Assembly (NCBI RefSeq): GCF_018977255.1 | Contig: NW_024704742.1 | Coordinates: 121,398,001-121,462,000 of the forward strand | Reading direction: 5' to 3' | From: Callorhinchus milii | Taxonomy: Eukaryota | DNA length: 64,000 nt | Shown: one piece after another, positions 24,593 through 38,159 of the stretch | Numbering within the stretch: position 1 is the first letter of the stretch | How the letters are laid out: each line of letters starts with the position of its first letter | Notes under the pieces: model-generated | The model's database searches: none | The model's input: the letters and a program-made list of their open reading frames with translations, nothing else | Told to the model about the DNA's origin: nothing | Translations under genes and position numbers: made by a program

Positions 24593-24681
24593 TCTTATCT
24601 GGAGTGGGAGGGGTCGGTTCCGAACCCCCTGTGATCTCACCACAGCAGAACACCCTCCCGCCCACCCACTCCTTGTTTGGG
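24593..24681. repeat. Degenerate duplicate of ZSWIM6 promoter segment 21323-21430
   Basis: TCTTATCTGGAGTGGGAGGGGTCGGTTCCGAACCCC...CTGTGAT...CCCGCCCACCCACTCCTTGTTTGGG aligns with CCTTATATGGAGCGGGAGGGGCCGGTTCCGAACCCC...CTGTGAT...CCCGCCCACCCGCTCCTTGTTTGGG. Confidence 0.9.
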
Positions 24682-25435
24682 AAGGGGTTAACTTGATGGG
24701 TAAGAGGGCCCCAGCATCGGCAGATCATGGCTCTGTAATTTTTTTTAGAAGATGCAGGGAAGAACATTTTTGGAAAATTCCACACCCATTATTTATGCAG
24801 CTGGATTTTGATTATGCTTATTGTAGACCCCACAATGGTTTGATTTGCTGCTCTTTAGATTGACCTCTTGAAACATTAATAGAAAAAGGATTTACTGAAA
24901 AACAGGCATTTCTTTCTCTTCGGCAGAGTTTTTATAATCTTGTGAAAAATATCTTTACCACCATCACAAAACAAACCATTTTGATTAGGCAGGTTGCATA
25001 TGGGTCCCATTCCTACTGTGCAAACCTTGCAACCAAACTCTGCTACAAGAAAACATGAGGAAAATGTTAGGGATGTATAGAAATAAATTATTTGCATTAT
25101 TATAGTGCCTCATCGCGTCAAAATGTCTCAAAGAGGTTTACAGGTAAATAATCTAAAGCCTAGTGACTATTTTTGAAGACAAACATCCCAGGATTTGTTC
25201 TAGAAAAATTCCACAAACACAGGCATGAGGTGAATTATCAATTTACCCGGAGAACTGTTTACCAGCATACCAGGGGGAAAAAAAAACCTTCTCTTTTCTA
25301 ACAGTCATGAAATCTTTAATATCTATCTGAGCTGACACAGGTTGTAATGTCTTATCTTAAAAATGGTACCTCCAACAATTCAGCTATTCCAACAATTCTC
25401 CAGTACTGCACTGATTTATACAGCCCTGATTTATA

Positions 25436-25670
25436 CAGCAGTAAGTAGGAACCCAGTTGTTAGTTGATTGGCGGAACACTTTTCTGGGGGTAATAAGTCC
25501 TTCAAAATAAAAATAATTTGGTCAACCAATCTACAACTGTTTGTGGGACACTGCTGTGCGCAATTGGCTGCCACGTTTCACCCACAAAATATACAGTCAA
25601 TTCACTTTACAGTATATTCCTTGAAGTGCTTTGAAACATCCCCAAGACGTGATGCAAGAATTATTATTTT
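25436..25670 (+). mobile_element. 5'-truncated long-form SINE
   Basis: Begins in the AGCAGTAAGTAGGAACCC central segment and continues to the tail. Confidence 0.85.
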
Positions 25671-26934
25671 TTATAATATATGAGGGAAATGCGAATTCAG
25701 GTTTGGTCCAGATAAAACAAAAAGTATGTGATGACTCTGAGTCTGTCCAACCACTCCTACCAAATAAATTTAAACTGAATGAAAATCATTAGGAATAAGT
25801 GGCACTTGCATCCAATGAAATAATTTCAGTTTTAGAAGGATGAAGATTAGAATGACACTGAGACCATCTTATTAATGCTGTTACAAGTGGAATTGATCAG
25901 CTAAAGATCTAATTCTGAATGATCTAAACCAGTCCATTTTTCTACATGGTTGTAAAATGTGAACATTTTGTTGGAAGGAAATGAGCAAATGCACTTTAAG
26001 AAACTGTTCAGCATTTGGTGAAAGGCGCTCTATAAATGCAATCTTGTTGTTGTTGTTGGTGGTGATAGGATCACATGATTCGTGAGATACTTAGGAGAGT
26101 TGTTGCCAAAGTATTGAGACAAAAATGTTAAATACTGATGGTTGAGACACATACATCAAACAACAGATGACTGAAAAAGATTACATATCAAGGAAAGGTT
26201 GAAAGTATTAGGCAGCTGGCTGCTCCACGGAATTAAAATTGAATTGCAGAATATGAGGACAAAGATTCAGACTTAGATTTGTCACGTTGTGATCTCCCAA
26301 CCTCGGGCTTGCTGTCATTGGGAGATGTTAACTGGAAACCAGGTGTCAACACACAAAGAGAAAGGAAGAAATCAAGAATCAGTCAATGAGGTGCTCCGTT
26401 TCACATCCTATCTTGTGTCATGAGGTGATATTAGTGAAAGTTTAAAAGCAAGTCTTCAACTTGTTGTTTCAGCCGGAAAAGCTGTTTGAAGCAATAGAAC
26501 AATGACAGGTAAAGGGAAGTAAATTGAAAATGTTACCAAAAGAAAGTCAACCACGTGAAGAGTTCAGATCGACAGAGAGACAGTTGGTTATTTACATTGC
26601 ATTAAGCTCGACTGACATTCAGGCAATCTTGTTGTGAGATGAGATCGAGTGGTAGTGACTGGCGAGTCACATCAAAGCTGACATTGGTTCTTCCAAAAGT
26701 AACACGCTAAATTTTGTGATCATGACCGTAGCTCACTCTAAAATACCCTTGATACTTTCAGACCCTACTCATCAGCTGCATTGTGTCTTGTGGAGTAATG
26801 TTGCACCTCAGTCCTCACTTATATCTACTTTCAACTTTAAAGTTTTGAAGAAGATGTTTATCCTTTTTTTTTGAAGCAGTTAACCAATGCAAGATCAACT
26901 ACTGTTGTGGGAGTCTCTCTCCTATATCCACCTT

Positions 26935-27145
26935 TTCCACCTGGCTCAATTGGTAATATTCTCGCCACAAGGTCAGAAGATTGTGGGTTTAAATTTTATG
27001 TCAGGACTTTGTGCTCATCGGCTAGGCTGACACTCTTTTGCAGGAATGGGGAGCATTGCAATGTCAGAGATGCCATTTTTTGATGAAATGTTGCACTGAG
27101 GTCTTATCCGCCTTTTCAGGTGAACATCCTATGGCACTATTCAAA
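26935..27145 (+). mobile_element. DeuSINE-like 5' portion
   Basis: TGGCTCAATTGGTA...CAGAAGATTGTGGGTT...CTAGGCTGACACTC...CCTATGGCACTATTCAAA. Confidence 0.75.
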
Positions 27146-27184
27146 TGTGTCATCTATCCTTGCAAGTACAAAAGACAAAACACA

Positions 27185-27372
27185 ATTGCACACATCAGTG
27201 TCCCACAAACAGTCGTGGATTGAAGTGACCAATTTATTATTGTTTTTTTTGAGGGATTATTATCAGGCGTGTGGAGAAAGGAAACTTGCCCAAGGTTTCA
27301 CCCAACCAGGAATCAAACCCAGGTCTTTGGCTTGCAAAGCGAGTGCTCTAACCACCTAGCTACAGAACTCCA
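27185..27372 (-). mobile_element. Short-form tRNA SINE, 5' portion
   Basis: Head GGAGTTCTGTAGCTAGGTGGTTAGAGCACTCGCTTTGCAAGC on the minus strand. Confidence 0.88.
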
Positions 27373-29109
27373 TGGAAAGGAGCTTTTTTTACTGGGAAAA
27401 ACAATTTTAAGTCTCTTTCCCCTAATTTCCCCTACCTCTATTCCTCCACCTCACTTTCTCTCTATCTGGTTTTAAATACCACCTATTTTTCGGACTCAAT
27501 CAACAAACCAACAAACCCTTACTCAGAGGCCACCCTTACATAAATCTCCCCTGAGCGGTTGCTGAACTAAATTTCGACTGTAATTTATTGGTCTTGCTCA
27601 TGTTCAACAAGTTAGCTCTCATCCAGAACTTGATGTCTGACAAACGTTCTGTCAGGACCAGCAGTGGTCCTGGAGTCAAGGGTGGAGATAGATATTATTA
27701 TCAAATGTAAGGATTATTATTATAAACATATCATTGTTATAACCTACATTAAAAAATCTCACAGGAGGAACTTTATTGTATGCCTCTTGAAAATCCAATA
27801 TATAACCACTGGATAGTGGATGAAGACAGTGTCAGCAGAAATCTGTTTCAATGAGTTACTTCTGGGTGCATCAACAAGGAATTCCGTGGGTTGATATGAC
27901 ACATATCCAATTACCTGACAGATTCAATATTTACGAATCCTTTGCAACACCTGCATTTTAGGTGTCTGTGTTCATCTTCATTCTAATGGAGCTACAATTG
28001 TAAAGTTCTTCTATGACATTCTGATGGGCTCACACAATAGGAAAAGATGATTATTCCCTCTCTGACTTTCATCCAGTTCCATTGGTCTTCAGTATTTCAC
28101 CCACATGGCCATTATAAAAATGCAAGCTATTTCTCAACTTTAAGGCGCTTTAGAGCTGATCTATTCTCCGGAGTTCCCACTCAAAACCCATACTTGGGGA
28201 TTAATGTGATAGTAATCTGGAGCCTACCCAGCCCAGGGACACTGAGCCCAATTGTAGCATCTCTGCCATTGCTATGACTGAGACTGGCTAACTTATCACA
28301 CAATGGGGCTTGAATAAGACGCTGAGACGCTGCCCTATAAAAAGGCAAGTTGTTGTTGAATCTGGGACATTGCTCAACACCACAACACATCATGCATTTA
28401 GCCTGAGAGCCATCAAGGGAACTTGAAAAATGGTCTAAAGGTCTAAGATAATGATATAACAGGTTTCAGTCTGACTGGTGAGATATTGAATTTTCCTTTA
28501 ATAATAATTACATTTATTTTTAGGTATACACTAACATTTTCAAACAAGAACTAAATTACATAACTGCAATTTATTCTACCAATCATCCCAGAACACATTG
28601 TTCTGTTACACCTGTTAATCTGTATAAAATGTCTCAATAGAGCTTCACAGAATTTTTTCTTCAGTATGATGTGCTTTTTCATTTGATAAAACACTAACGA
28701 AAAAAGAGTGAGGAAGAAGGCGGGAGAGAGCAAATACGATTTGCCTCATCGTAAGATTGGTATTCACTATGTGATAAGTAAAATTTGTTCAAGCTGGGTT
28801 CAAGGAGTGAATGGATGCTACTGAAACACTATGCTGAATACAGCAACTTCTTTCGCACATAGTACTTTATTTGAGAGATTGCAGTGCTTGGTGATACAGC
28901 ATGATCAAAATGCCTTCCTGAAAAAAAAGTAATCTCTCTAGTCATTTCCTTTCTTCGCCTCCCATCTCAGCAGTTTTAAATTTCCAGTCAGAAAAGCTAG
29001 CCAAGCAGCTGCAGTTTCCACACTGATTTATGAATTGGGGTGGAGTGGCATGTGTGCACATGCATCCCCAGGCAGACCTGAGGAAACTCATTTCCAACAG
29101 ATTTACATT

Positions 29110-29408
29110 TTTCCTGCTCCATGTCTCCCGACCTGCCCCACCCATCCCACCCCTCACCAACAGCGGTCAGCCTTCAGCCTGTCTGCCCCCACCCTTTAGA
29201 ACTCCATCCCATAGCCCCTTCTCTTGCCTCCTTTAAGGCCCATCTCAAGACCTTCCTCTTCTCCCGCACCTTTGATTACCCTCCTACCCCTACCCTTCCT
29301 GCCCTCAACTCCTCCTGATCCCAGTTCAGGTGCAAATCCTTGACTGTCCAGCGCCTTAGAACATCCTCCTGACGTGAAAGGTGACTATACAAATGTAATT
29401 TGTTGTTT
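29110..29408 (+). mobile_element. L2 3' end
   Basis: Encodes SLASFKAHLKTFLF, followed by the L2 tail GTGAAAGG...ATACAAATGTAATTTGTTG. Confidence 0.85.
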
Positions 29409-30207
29409 CCAAAGAAAGTATGAATAATGCTGCGGTATATTCTAAGTGTATCATTGAGGATGGCAGTGGATATAAGCATTGGCATTAATAAGAAAGCATG
29501 CAATCTAAACAAGTCATAACATAACCTGGTTTAACAAGACAGAGTGATGAGCCAGAGTTTGTGGTGAGAGCAAGAGGGAAGAGAAGAGTTGACTCAGACA
29601 GGGTATTGAAGATGGTATTCATAATATTCTGGTTTACAAAGACAATTTTGATCATTATTTTTAGACAATTTTATTTCTCTGAGATGTTAATCTTTTGCAT
29701 GTCTAGCAGCTACCCAATGGCACCTCATATGTGAGCCTAGATAGTGAGTGTAAGAGAATGCAGGAGCAGCAAAGTCATCTCAAGTATTCCCATGCCCAGA
29801 TATGTCCAGATGTTGAAAACTTAAACTACCTCAACTTTGAGAGGTAGGAAGTGTGCGAATCAGGCAACCTTCCTGAGTAACCACCTGCTATTTCACAAGG
29901 TGAAAGATTTAGTTTCCCAGTTTATTAAAATAAATTTCACCCTGACCTTTAAAGTTGCCAGGAATAGTGCCCCAGCACACTTTGCATTGGTCAAAATTGT
30001 TCTGTGCCGAAGAAGACTGCAAGCAACAGAACAGAGAATATATTGATTTAAAAATAATATGAACACTCTTGGTATTCCCAGAGAACATTTGAGTATTGCC
30101 AGAGGGCATTTGTTTGAGTAAAACAATCCCAGTACCGTAGTTCCAACAAGTTTCTTGATCATCCCTTTTCCCAATACTTTGGATTTTCATTGGATTAATA
30201 AGATACA

Positions 30208-30605
30208 ATATAATAATCCTTGCATTTGATATAACGCATAATCACACCATTGATACATCTCAAAGCACTTCACAGCATTTTAAAGTGAAGTATAATTATT
30301 ATGTATTTGTCAGCAAACATGGCAGCCAATTTGCACACAGCAATGTCCCACAGACTGCCATGTACAGTGATTATGTTGAATGGCAACATAGTCGCTAGAC
30401 ATTGGCGAATGACCAATTTTATCTGGGGGATTGTTGATCAGAACACCAGTAGATCCTTCCTTCGCTTTTTGAATAGAACCACCCAATCTTTAATGTTCAC
30501 CTGAACAGTCAGTCAAGACCTTCGTTTAACGTTTCATCTGAAGGATAACTCTACCCGAACCCTGCATTGGAGTGTTAGCCTAGATTGTGAGTTCATGATC
30601 CTGCA
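30208..30605 (-). mobile_element. DeuSINE-like element with (ATT)n tail
   Basis: Deu-type core and shared tail on the minus strand. Confidence 0.8.
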
Positions 30606-31284
30606 CTGGCTTTATTTCAGTTTGGGCCTGTAGCTCGCCATTTGAGTGGCATTATAAATTTTGAATCAGCTTTCTGAATAGTAGTGGACTTTCTGTGAGC
30701 CAATTAAACATAATCCATTCTGTACCACATTAAAATGTCAATTTTAATACGCAAAATATATCTTGAAATGTTTTGATTTTTTTTCTTAAATTCAGTCTTA
30801 ATTTTAAAGCTAGTTTCCTATAGTTCTGAAAACAGAGAAAGCTTTCATTGTTTTTCACTGGACTGATCTTAGTTTCAGTACGCAGGCATCGTGTGCCTGT
30901 AAGCTCTTCTCAGTTGTGGCTCTGCATTCTTCATATGGAGTTAGTTGTGTGGCTGGTTAGCTCCCCTTCCTTGGTAATTTGTCTTTGCCCTTTTAATTCT
31001 GCCGTCCCGTCATTTCTTTATATCCTGGATGTCATTTTTTACCAGGAAACTTGTATTTTATTTGTCTGGTGATTTATACCAAATGTGGGATCAAAAATAC
31101 AAGGTGGAGGGGAGGAGATGAAGATTATCCCATGGTTAGGCTTTATGGTTGGGCACCTCCATACTTGATTCTTCACCTTGTGGTCTGTGCCCTACTGTTT
31201 TCTGTGATGCTCTGCTTTTGAGTTGGAATCATCAATGTTTACATCACATTCTGGTGCTACAGAGGCAATTCTGACCATTACTTT

Positions 31285-31830
31285 TAGCCAGTTTTCTCCC
31301 CCATTTCTCTCTTTTCTCTCTCCTTCTTCTGAAGTTGTCAATTTTTTCCATGACCAGCGGCAGCTCAATGGTACGTCATATGTGAGCCTAGATAATAATC
31401 CTTGTATAACAACAACAATTTACATGTATACAGCTCCCTTCACACGGGGTAGCGTCCCGGAGCACTTGTATTTGATATAGTGCTTTATCATATTGTTGAA
31501 ACATCTCAAAGCACTTTACATGATTTACCATGAAGTGTAGTGACTGTGTATTATATAAGGAAGGGTCAGCAGTTTATTTGATCATGGAGGGATCACTGTC
31601 AAGCCCAGTCCTGTTCTTACCTACTGACTGCTTCTCATGCACACCTTCCAGCACAGGACACTAGGCAACAATTAGAATCAGAAACCCTGGCTGAATATCC
31701 CTGCCCCTTCCAGCAATGTTTGAAGCCATTTGTATAACCCAATTGCTGTTCTGTCTGAGATATACTCACAGATCAGGAATTGAATCTAAAACCTTCTGGT
31801 CTGTATGATTTTGTGCTTCACTGGTTCTGA
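31285..31830 (-). mobile_element. AmnSINE2-like element interrupted by SINE/L2 tail fragments (~31393-31555)
   Basis: CATATGTGAGCCTAGATA, GAAACCCTGGCTGA and ACCTTCTGGTCTGTATG correspond to the reverse complement of the element at 10420-11370. Confidence 0.6.
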
Positions 31831-34114
31831 TCTTTGATACTACTGTCTGAATCATTCACAAATATACATACACTCTCAGTTCAGTATCACACTGAACACA
31901 ATAAGAACTTACACTTGTATAGTGCCTTTCGAGTAAAAGGAACATCTCAAAGTACCTTACAAAATAAAGGTTAGCTGGATCCTGAGTGATTATTGTTATG
32001 TTGGCCAACAAATGGCTGGAGTTTTAGAGTGGTGGTTTTTCTGCAGTCACAGAATAGAATATGTCACAGAGGAGTGCTGGTATATATCACAGCAATTTCT
32101 GCTCCTATTAATTGTAGTACTTAAATCCAGCCCATATTTCATAAAGGAGACATGTTTGCATCAAGCATGTCTAGTTTCTTAAGCAGCAGAATTGCATACA
32201 TTAGGAGTTTTTGTTTTTACGTATTTAAGAAGGTATAATAAAAAGAAATGGAGTATACTGACATTTGACAATCTGCTAGAAAAGAGGAGCAAGAAGATGA
32301 ATAAAAAAGGAATTATTTAATTCTTGCATGTCAAAACCAATTCAAATTTGGGAAGTAAGATTGAGGTAGTGTGCATATCAAGGGTATGTAGGGTGACGTT
32401 TGAAGTTTGGCAATATATCTTACAATGCAAAAAACAGACAGCAACTGCTTTCAGTAGCAAGCATCAAAGCACCAACCAGTGAGGTGAGTGTTTATAACTG
32501 GAATACTAAATGGTGAAATGTTATATAACAAAGCACCCCTTAAAGGGTACAGTAACACAGGGCATATTTGTTATATTCAAAACGTTCACTTGAAATCATG
32601 TTGTTACTAAACGTGCAGCCTGGCTTCAAATTCTGGCCTCAGAAACACAACAGAAATAATAATACTAATAATCCTTGCATTTGATAAAGCACCTAATCAT
32701 GTCTTTGAGATGTCTCAAAGCGCTTCACAGAATATGCTATAAAGTGAATGGACTGTATATTTTGTGGGCGAAACTCGGGTATGGCAGGGTACAGGCAAGC
32801 TGCAAGTGAACTGAAAATAGCAAAAGGCAAAGTACTGCAGATGCTGGAAATCTTGTATAAACTGGTATAAAATAGCAGCACGTTCTGAATGAATGAAAGG
32901 TTCTCTACCATAATGGAGTGTTATGGTAATGTTCAGGACTAACCTGTTCTCAGTTAGTGGGACATCATAAATTGACTTTCCAGACTTGACTCCATAATTA
33001 CCAATCTGATTTCTAAGGTGAGATCCTTCCTTTTCCCCTCTTTAATGATAATTATTATTAATAATAATAATCCTTTACACTGTCTTTTCCTATTTTTAAA
33101 GGTCTCACTGCGTTGAGGGCAATCTCTCTTCTTCCTCTGCCAACATCCCTCTGAAGCTTGTCAGGAGGAAATATGTGTGGGCAGCCATGGGGGAGGGGAG
33201 AGAGAGAAGGGAGGGGGAACCTGTGGGGAAACAACTGGATTCCACTCACCGTCTCCCTGTGAAAGCATAGTTAGGATCAGGATGTAGGCGTGTGGGAATC
33301 TGAGGATGTGAATCTGTGTCACACACATTGGTACTGCGCATTAATGCTTCCTGTGCTGTGCTGCTATAGCCATCCTCAAGCAGGTTGTCAGGCAAAGCAG
33401 AATGTCAACTACAGTAATTTTACTGACTCCTTTAATTTCCCGAAGCTGACAGCTGAAAAGGTAGAGCACATGACAGAGTTTGTGCAGGTTGAGAAAACTT
33501 CTGTCTGTATACAAACACCTAGTCACTGCACTTCACAGTAAATCCTGTGAAGCACTTTGAGACATCTCAACGAAGTGATAAGGCACTATATCAAATGCAA
33601 GGATTATTATAAGGAATGGATATACCATTCACTCACAACATCCTGCTATTTGAGTCAGGACATAGACCTTTTTATTTGTATTTGATGGAAGTCAACTACC
33701 CACAACTTTTAGGACGATGAACATCTCTCTCCTCCCCTTCCACTTACCATGTGCAGATTCAAAAACTCTTGAGGAAAGACACAAGGTTTTTCTAACCTTT
33801 CATGCTCAGTCTGAGCAGATTAAGATTTGTTAGAGACAGGTGTACTATTGGCAACTTTTATAAATTATTTCTTGTAAAGAACATTCATATTGCCCGCAAG
33901 GTACACAGTCACACTACTTCACAGCATTCTACATCCTCCCGAAGCTCGTTGAGATGTCCTTGTGATGTGAAAAGTGCTTTACTAAATGTTAGGATTATTA
34001 TTTTTATTTTATTAACTGCCAAAGGACTGCACCCCCCATAGTTAGTTATCAATCTTAGTCTTCAACTTCTCCCCATTTCACATTAACTTCAGATATATAT
34101 TTGACACTCATTAT

Positions 34115-34900
34115 AACAACAACAAAATTACATTTATAGAGCGTCTTTCATGTCGCGAGGATATCTCAAGGTGCTGGACAGTCATGGTTCAGGACCCGAG
34201 CATAAGGAAGGGATAGGGTAGGGGTGAGGAAAGGCAGAGAGGTGGGAGGGCGACTGAAGGCACGATCGAAGAGGAGGATCTTGAGACCGGCCTTGAAGGA
34301 GGCAAGGGAGGAAGCGAGGCAAACTATGGGATGGAGTTCCAGAGCGTGGAGGCAGAGAGGCTGAAAGCCCGGCCACCGATGGTAGTGCAGGTCAGGCGGG
34401 GGTCATGGAGCAGGCCGGAGCCCGCTGAATGGAAGGAGTGGGCAGGTTGGCAGGGAGTCAGCAGTTCAGAGAAGTAGGAGGGGGCAAGGCCATGGATGGT
34501 CTTGAAAGTGAAGACGAGGATCTTGAATTAGATCCTCTGAGGGATGGGGACCCAGGGGTGTCGGGCGAGGGTGGGAGTGATGGGGTCATGGAGAGTACAC
34601 GAGCTGCAGATTTTGGATGATCTGCAGCTTGTGAAGGGAAGAGTTGGGAAGGCTGATGAGGAGGGAGTTTCCATAAACGAGCCTTGATGTGCCTAATGCC
34701 TGGGTGAGGGTTTTGGCAGCTTGAAGGGTGAGGCAATGGAGGAGTCTGGCAATGTTGTGGAGGTGGTTGGCAGTGCCGGTCATGGCGCGGATGTGGGGTA
34801 AAAAGGGCAGTTCAGGGTCAAAAAAACACCCAGGTTCCTGACTGGCTTAGTGAGGTTGAGTGTGCAGCCGTGGACATTGCCAGCGCCCGAGGTGTACAGA
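34115..34900 (-). mobile_element. L2 LINE 3' fragment
   Basis: HLHNIARL..CLT.QAA.TL..A..TSRL.YGNSLL..LPNSSLHKLQIIQN; (TTG)n tail. Confidence 0.92.
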
Positions 34901-36039
34901 CGATGATACCAGTGGCACGTGCACAGCTTACTCAGAAACTCACTGCCTTTTTTTTAAAAAAAAGGTACAGTATTAAAGCATCAAAACCTAATACCAAAAA
35001 CTGGGGAGAAACAATAAGCTCTTAGAAAAGAATCTTATAAATCATTAGCCAATAGCTGCTAATTATATATAAAAATCGGATTACAGTGCAGCCCTTTATA
35101 ATTGGGGGCCTTAAAATGAGACTATATTGTAACAGAGTGAGTTAAAGTGAGGTCGCTTGCTAGCACTTCCAGGTTTGTCAGGCTCGCCTCTGACATCACC
35201 AAAACCCACCGTCCCTGGGTTTATGTGCAGAACGTTAGCCAGCCAACGTCAAAAGCAGGAAGTACAGTGCATCTGTGGGTTCAAGGTGTTATAGCATTAT
35301 AACTGAACCTGTGGTACACTGAGGTGAGCTATATTGTGTATGGGGTGAGAAATTTGTTAATTTAGTGTGATAGTTTTCACATTGACTAAATGCCCAGTCA
35401 AGCCATTGTTATTGCTGACTGTAAATGAATGGTGGCTTCATTCTCAAGCTCACAGTAAATCCCACTAAACAGCAGGTGAAAGGAACAATCCATTATTTGG
35501 AAGGCAAATGTGCAATCGTGGACATTGGTTTTGAGAATTCCTGTGGGTGGGGGTTGGGGCCGAGGAGGGGAGGATTGGTGGGTGAGTCTCCTGCACAGCT
35601 GGCTAACTCGTATTCAATTCTTAAGCAATTTCTTAATTTAGACTGTATTTTCAACCCCTCTTGTCTGATTGCTTCGGTTCCAGAGACAACAGTAGAACTG
35701 CCCTTGAAATGCTCAGGCTGCGGCACCTGCATGTGGGAGTTTTGAAATTTGTAAAACAAGACTATTAGATTAAGAACCACACAGTGTTATCTTTTTGATG
35801 AGAATAAATGTTATTGTGTAACTCTGCAAGGTGCTGTGTTATATATATATATAAAACAAATTGAATTCAAAACAAAAACTGCCCTCAAAATATGGTCATA
35901 ATGCAATAATCTCTCATTTTAAAAAAAACTAATCTCTCATTTTTTAAAAATAATAAAATAATCCTTGCATTTGGTATAGTGCCTATGACATTGAAATGGC
36001 CTAAAGAGCTTCACAGGTAATGGCTGTCAATTGTAGTAT

Positions 36040-36203
36040 TTGCAAAAGGACCTGGGTTTGATTCCTGGCTGGGCCAGATAGGACGAAACCTTAGGCAAAT
36101 TTTCTTACTCCACACACACACACACACACAACTCTGTTCAGCGCCTTGGGACATCCTCCCGATGTTAAAGGCGCTATACAAATGTAATTTTGTTGTTGTT
36201 ATT
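36040..36203 (+). mobile_element. Short chimeric SINE: tRNA-head remnant + (CA)n + L2 3' tail
   Basis: GGACCTGGGTTTGATTCCTGG...GAAACCTTAGGCAAATTTTCTTACTCCA(CA)n, then AGCGCCTTGGGACATCCTCCCGATGTTAAAGGCGCTATACAAATGTAATTTTGTTGTTG. Confidence 0.75.
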
Positions 36204-36469
36204 GTAGGTACTGTATTGTAAGTAAACAAAGAAGCAACAAAACAACATATCTCAAAGCTAAAAATTATTTCTCCCACTGAATGTGGGTTAATCCAACTAG
36301 GAGATATCTTTGCAGATGTTATCACATGCTCATTGATTAAACTGGCAGGAGATACACTTGAAAAGTGGAATGAATCCCTGCTTTCCCCCCAGCCAGTTTT
36401 CTGTCTAACTCCGATTATCTAGCCAAGATTAGTAAAATCTCCAATATAGGAAATCCAAGTAGAAACATC

Positions 36470-37520
36470 AGCAACAACAACAAAATTACATTTGTAAAGC
36501 ACCTTTCACTTCAAGAGGAAGTCCCAAGTCGCTGAACAGTCAAGGCCCGAACATGGGGGGTAGGGTTGGGCTGAGAGAGGGTAGAGAGGGTAGGAAGGCA
36601 GCTGAAGGCACGGTCAAAAAGGAGGGTCTTGGGTTGTGCCTTGAAAGAGGCAAGAGAGGGAGCAAGGCAAAGGGATTGTGGGATGGAGTTCCAAAGAGTG
36701 GGGGCAGAGATGGTGAAAGCTTGACCGTTGATGGGAGGGTGGATCGGGAGACCTGGAGCAGGTTGGAGCCTGCTGAGCGGAGGGAGCGGACAGGTTGGTA
36801 GAGGGTCAGCAAGTCAGAGATGTAGGAGGGGGCGAGGCCGTGGAGCTGGGCAAGGGTGGGGGTGATGAGGTCAGGGAGCCCGGTGCGGTAGAGGACACGA
36901 GCTGCAGCATTCGGGATGATCTGCAGCTTATGGAGGGAAGAGTTGGGGAGGCCAACAAGTTTCCATAGTCGAGCCTTGAAGTGACGAATGCACGTATGAG
37001 GGTTTCAGCGGCCTGAGGGCTGAGGCAGTGGCGGAGTTGGGCAATGTTGCAGAGGTGGGGGAAGGCCGAGCGGGTCACGGCACAGATATGGGGAAGAAAG
37101 CACAGTTGAGGGTCAAACAAGATGCCCAGGTTCCTGACTGACTTGGTGAGATGGAGTGTACAAACGTGGATGCTGTTGCTGCCAGTGCCCGAGGTGCGGA
37201 GGCGCTGGCGTGAGGCAATCAGGAGGGCCTCGGTCTTAATGACATTTAGTTGTAGGAAGTTGGCTCTTATTCAGGACTTGATGTCTGACAGACAGTCTAT
37301 CAGGACATCAGTTGTCCTAGAATCGAGGGTGGAGGCAGAGAGATAGCGTCATCCGTGTACATGTGGAAGTTGACCCCATGTCTGCGGATTTTGTCACCAA
37401 GTGGGAGCATGTAGAGGCTGAAGAGGAGGGGACCGAGGTCAGAGCCCTGAGTAACACCGCACAAGAGTGTGAGCAGCACAGAAACCCGATTGGAGGGGCT
37501 CATGAAGGGAGCGGTAGGGG
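36470..37520 (-). mobile_element. L2 LINE, 5'-truncated with an internal deletion
   Basis: RT motifs [22 protein letters not shown]...HMYTDD, C-terminal L2 motifs and a (TTG)n tail. Confidence 0.93.
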
Positions 37521-37571
37521 TAAATCTATCAGTTGAGATAGATTGACATTCCTTGTCAACAATCCATGCAT

Positions 37572-37912
37572 TTAATATAGCTCCTGATCACATTGTTGAG
37601 GCAGCTCAAAGTGCTTCACAGGATATATTGTAAAGTGGATGGACCGTGTATTTTGTGGGCAAAACGCGGCAGCCAATTGCGTGCAGCAATGTCCCATAAA
37701 GAGTCGTGGATTGAGTGACAAATTTATTATTACATTTTTTTTAAGGGATATATACCCCCGGAAAAGTAATCCACCAATTGATGTGTTCCTAGATATTGCT
37801 AGGTAAACAGAGGCATGTGGAGTAAGGAAACCTGCCCCGGGGGTTTCAGCCTGTCCAGGAACTGGGTCCTCGCCCTTGCTAGGCGAACGCACTAACCACT
37901 ACGCTGCAGGAC
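37572..37912 (-). mobile_element. Long-form tRNA SINE
   Basis: Head GTCCTGCAGCGTAGTGGTTAGTGCG plus the CTGTTTACCTAGCAAT central segment and body. Confidence 0.85.
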
Positions 37913-38159
37913 TTGTCAAGTATACAGTGATTCCCAAATCATCAGGTTTTTTAAAATGAAAGGGATTATGAGATATGTATATGACTATAATATCAAACAG
38001 TGTGGCACTTCAAATTCAGGTTTTCTGCCAGAATTTGAAGAGTAATAAAAAATAAAATGACTCAGTCATCAGCACAAATTAGCTGTCATATGAAGCTCTT
38101 TCAGGAACCCTTCTGATATGAACAGAGCTATATCGAATGCATAGATTATTATTGTTGTT

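Noticed and set aside
35274..35313. Hairpin GGTTCA..GTTATA-GCAT-TATAAC-TGAACC as a pre-miRNA (also the 9-bp stem at 42910-42933)
   Set aside because: The stems are too short or bulged, and no known mature miRNA was recognised.
35907..35953. Short direct duplication AATCTCTCATTTT(T)AAAAA (similar case CTGATTTATACAGC at ~25411-25439)
   Set aside because: Ordinary slippage duplications with no further structure.
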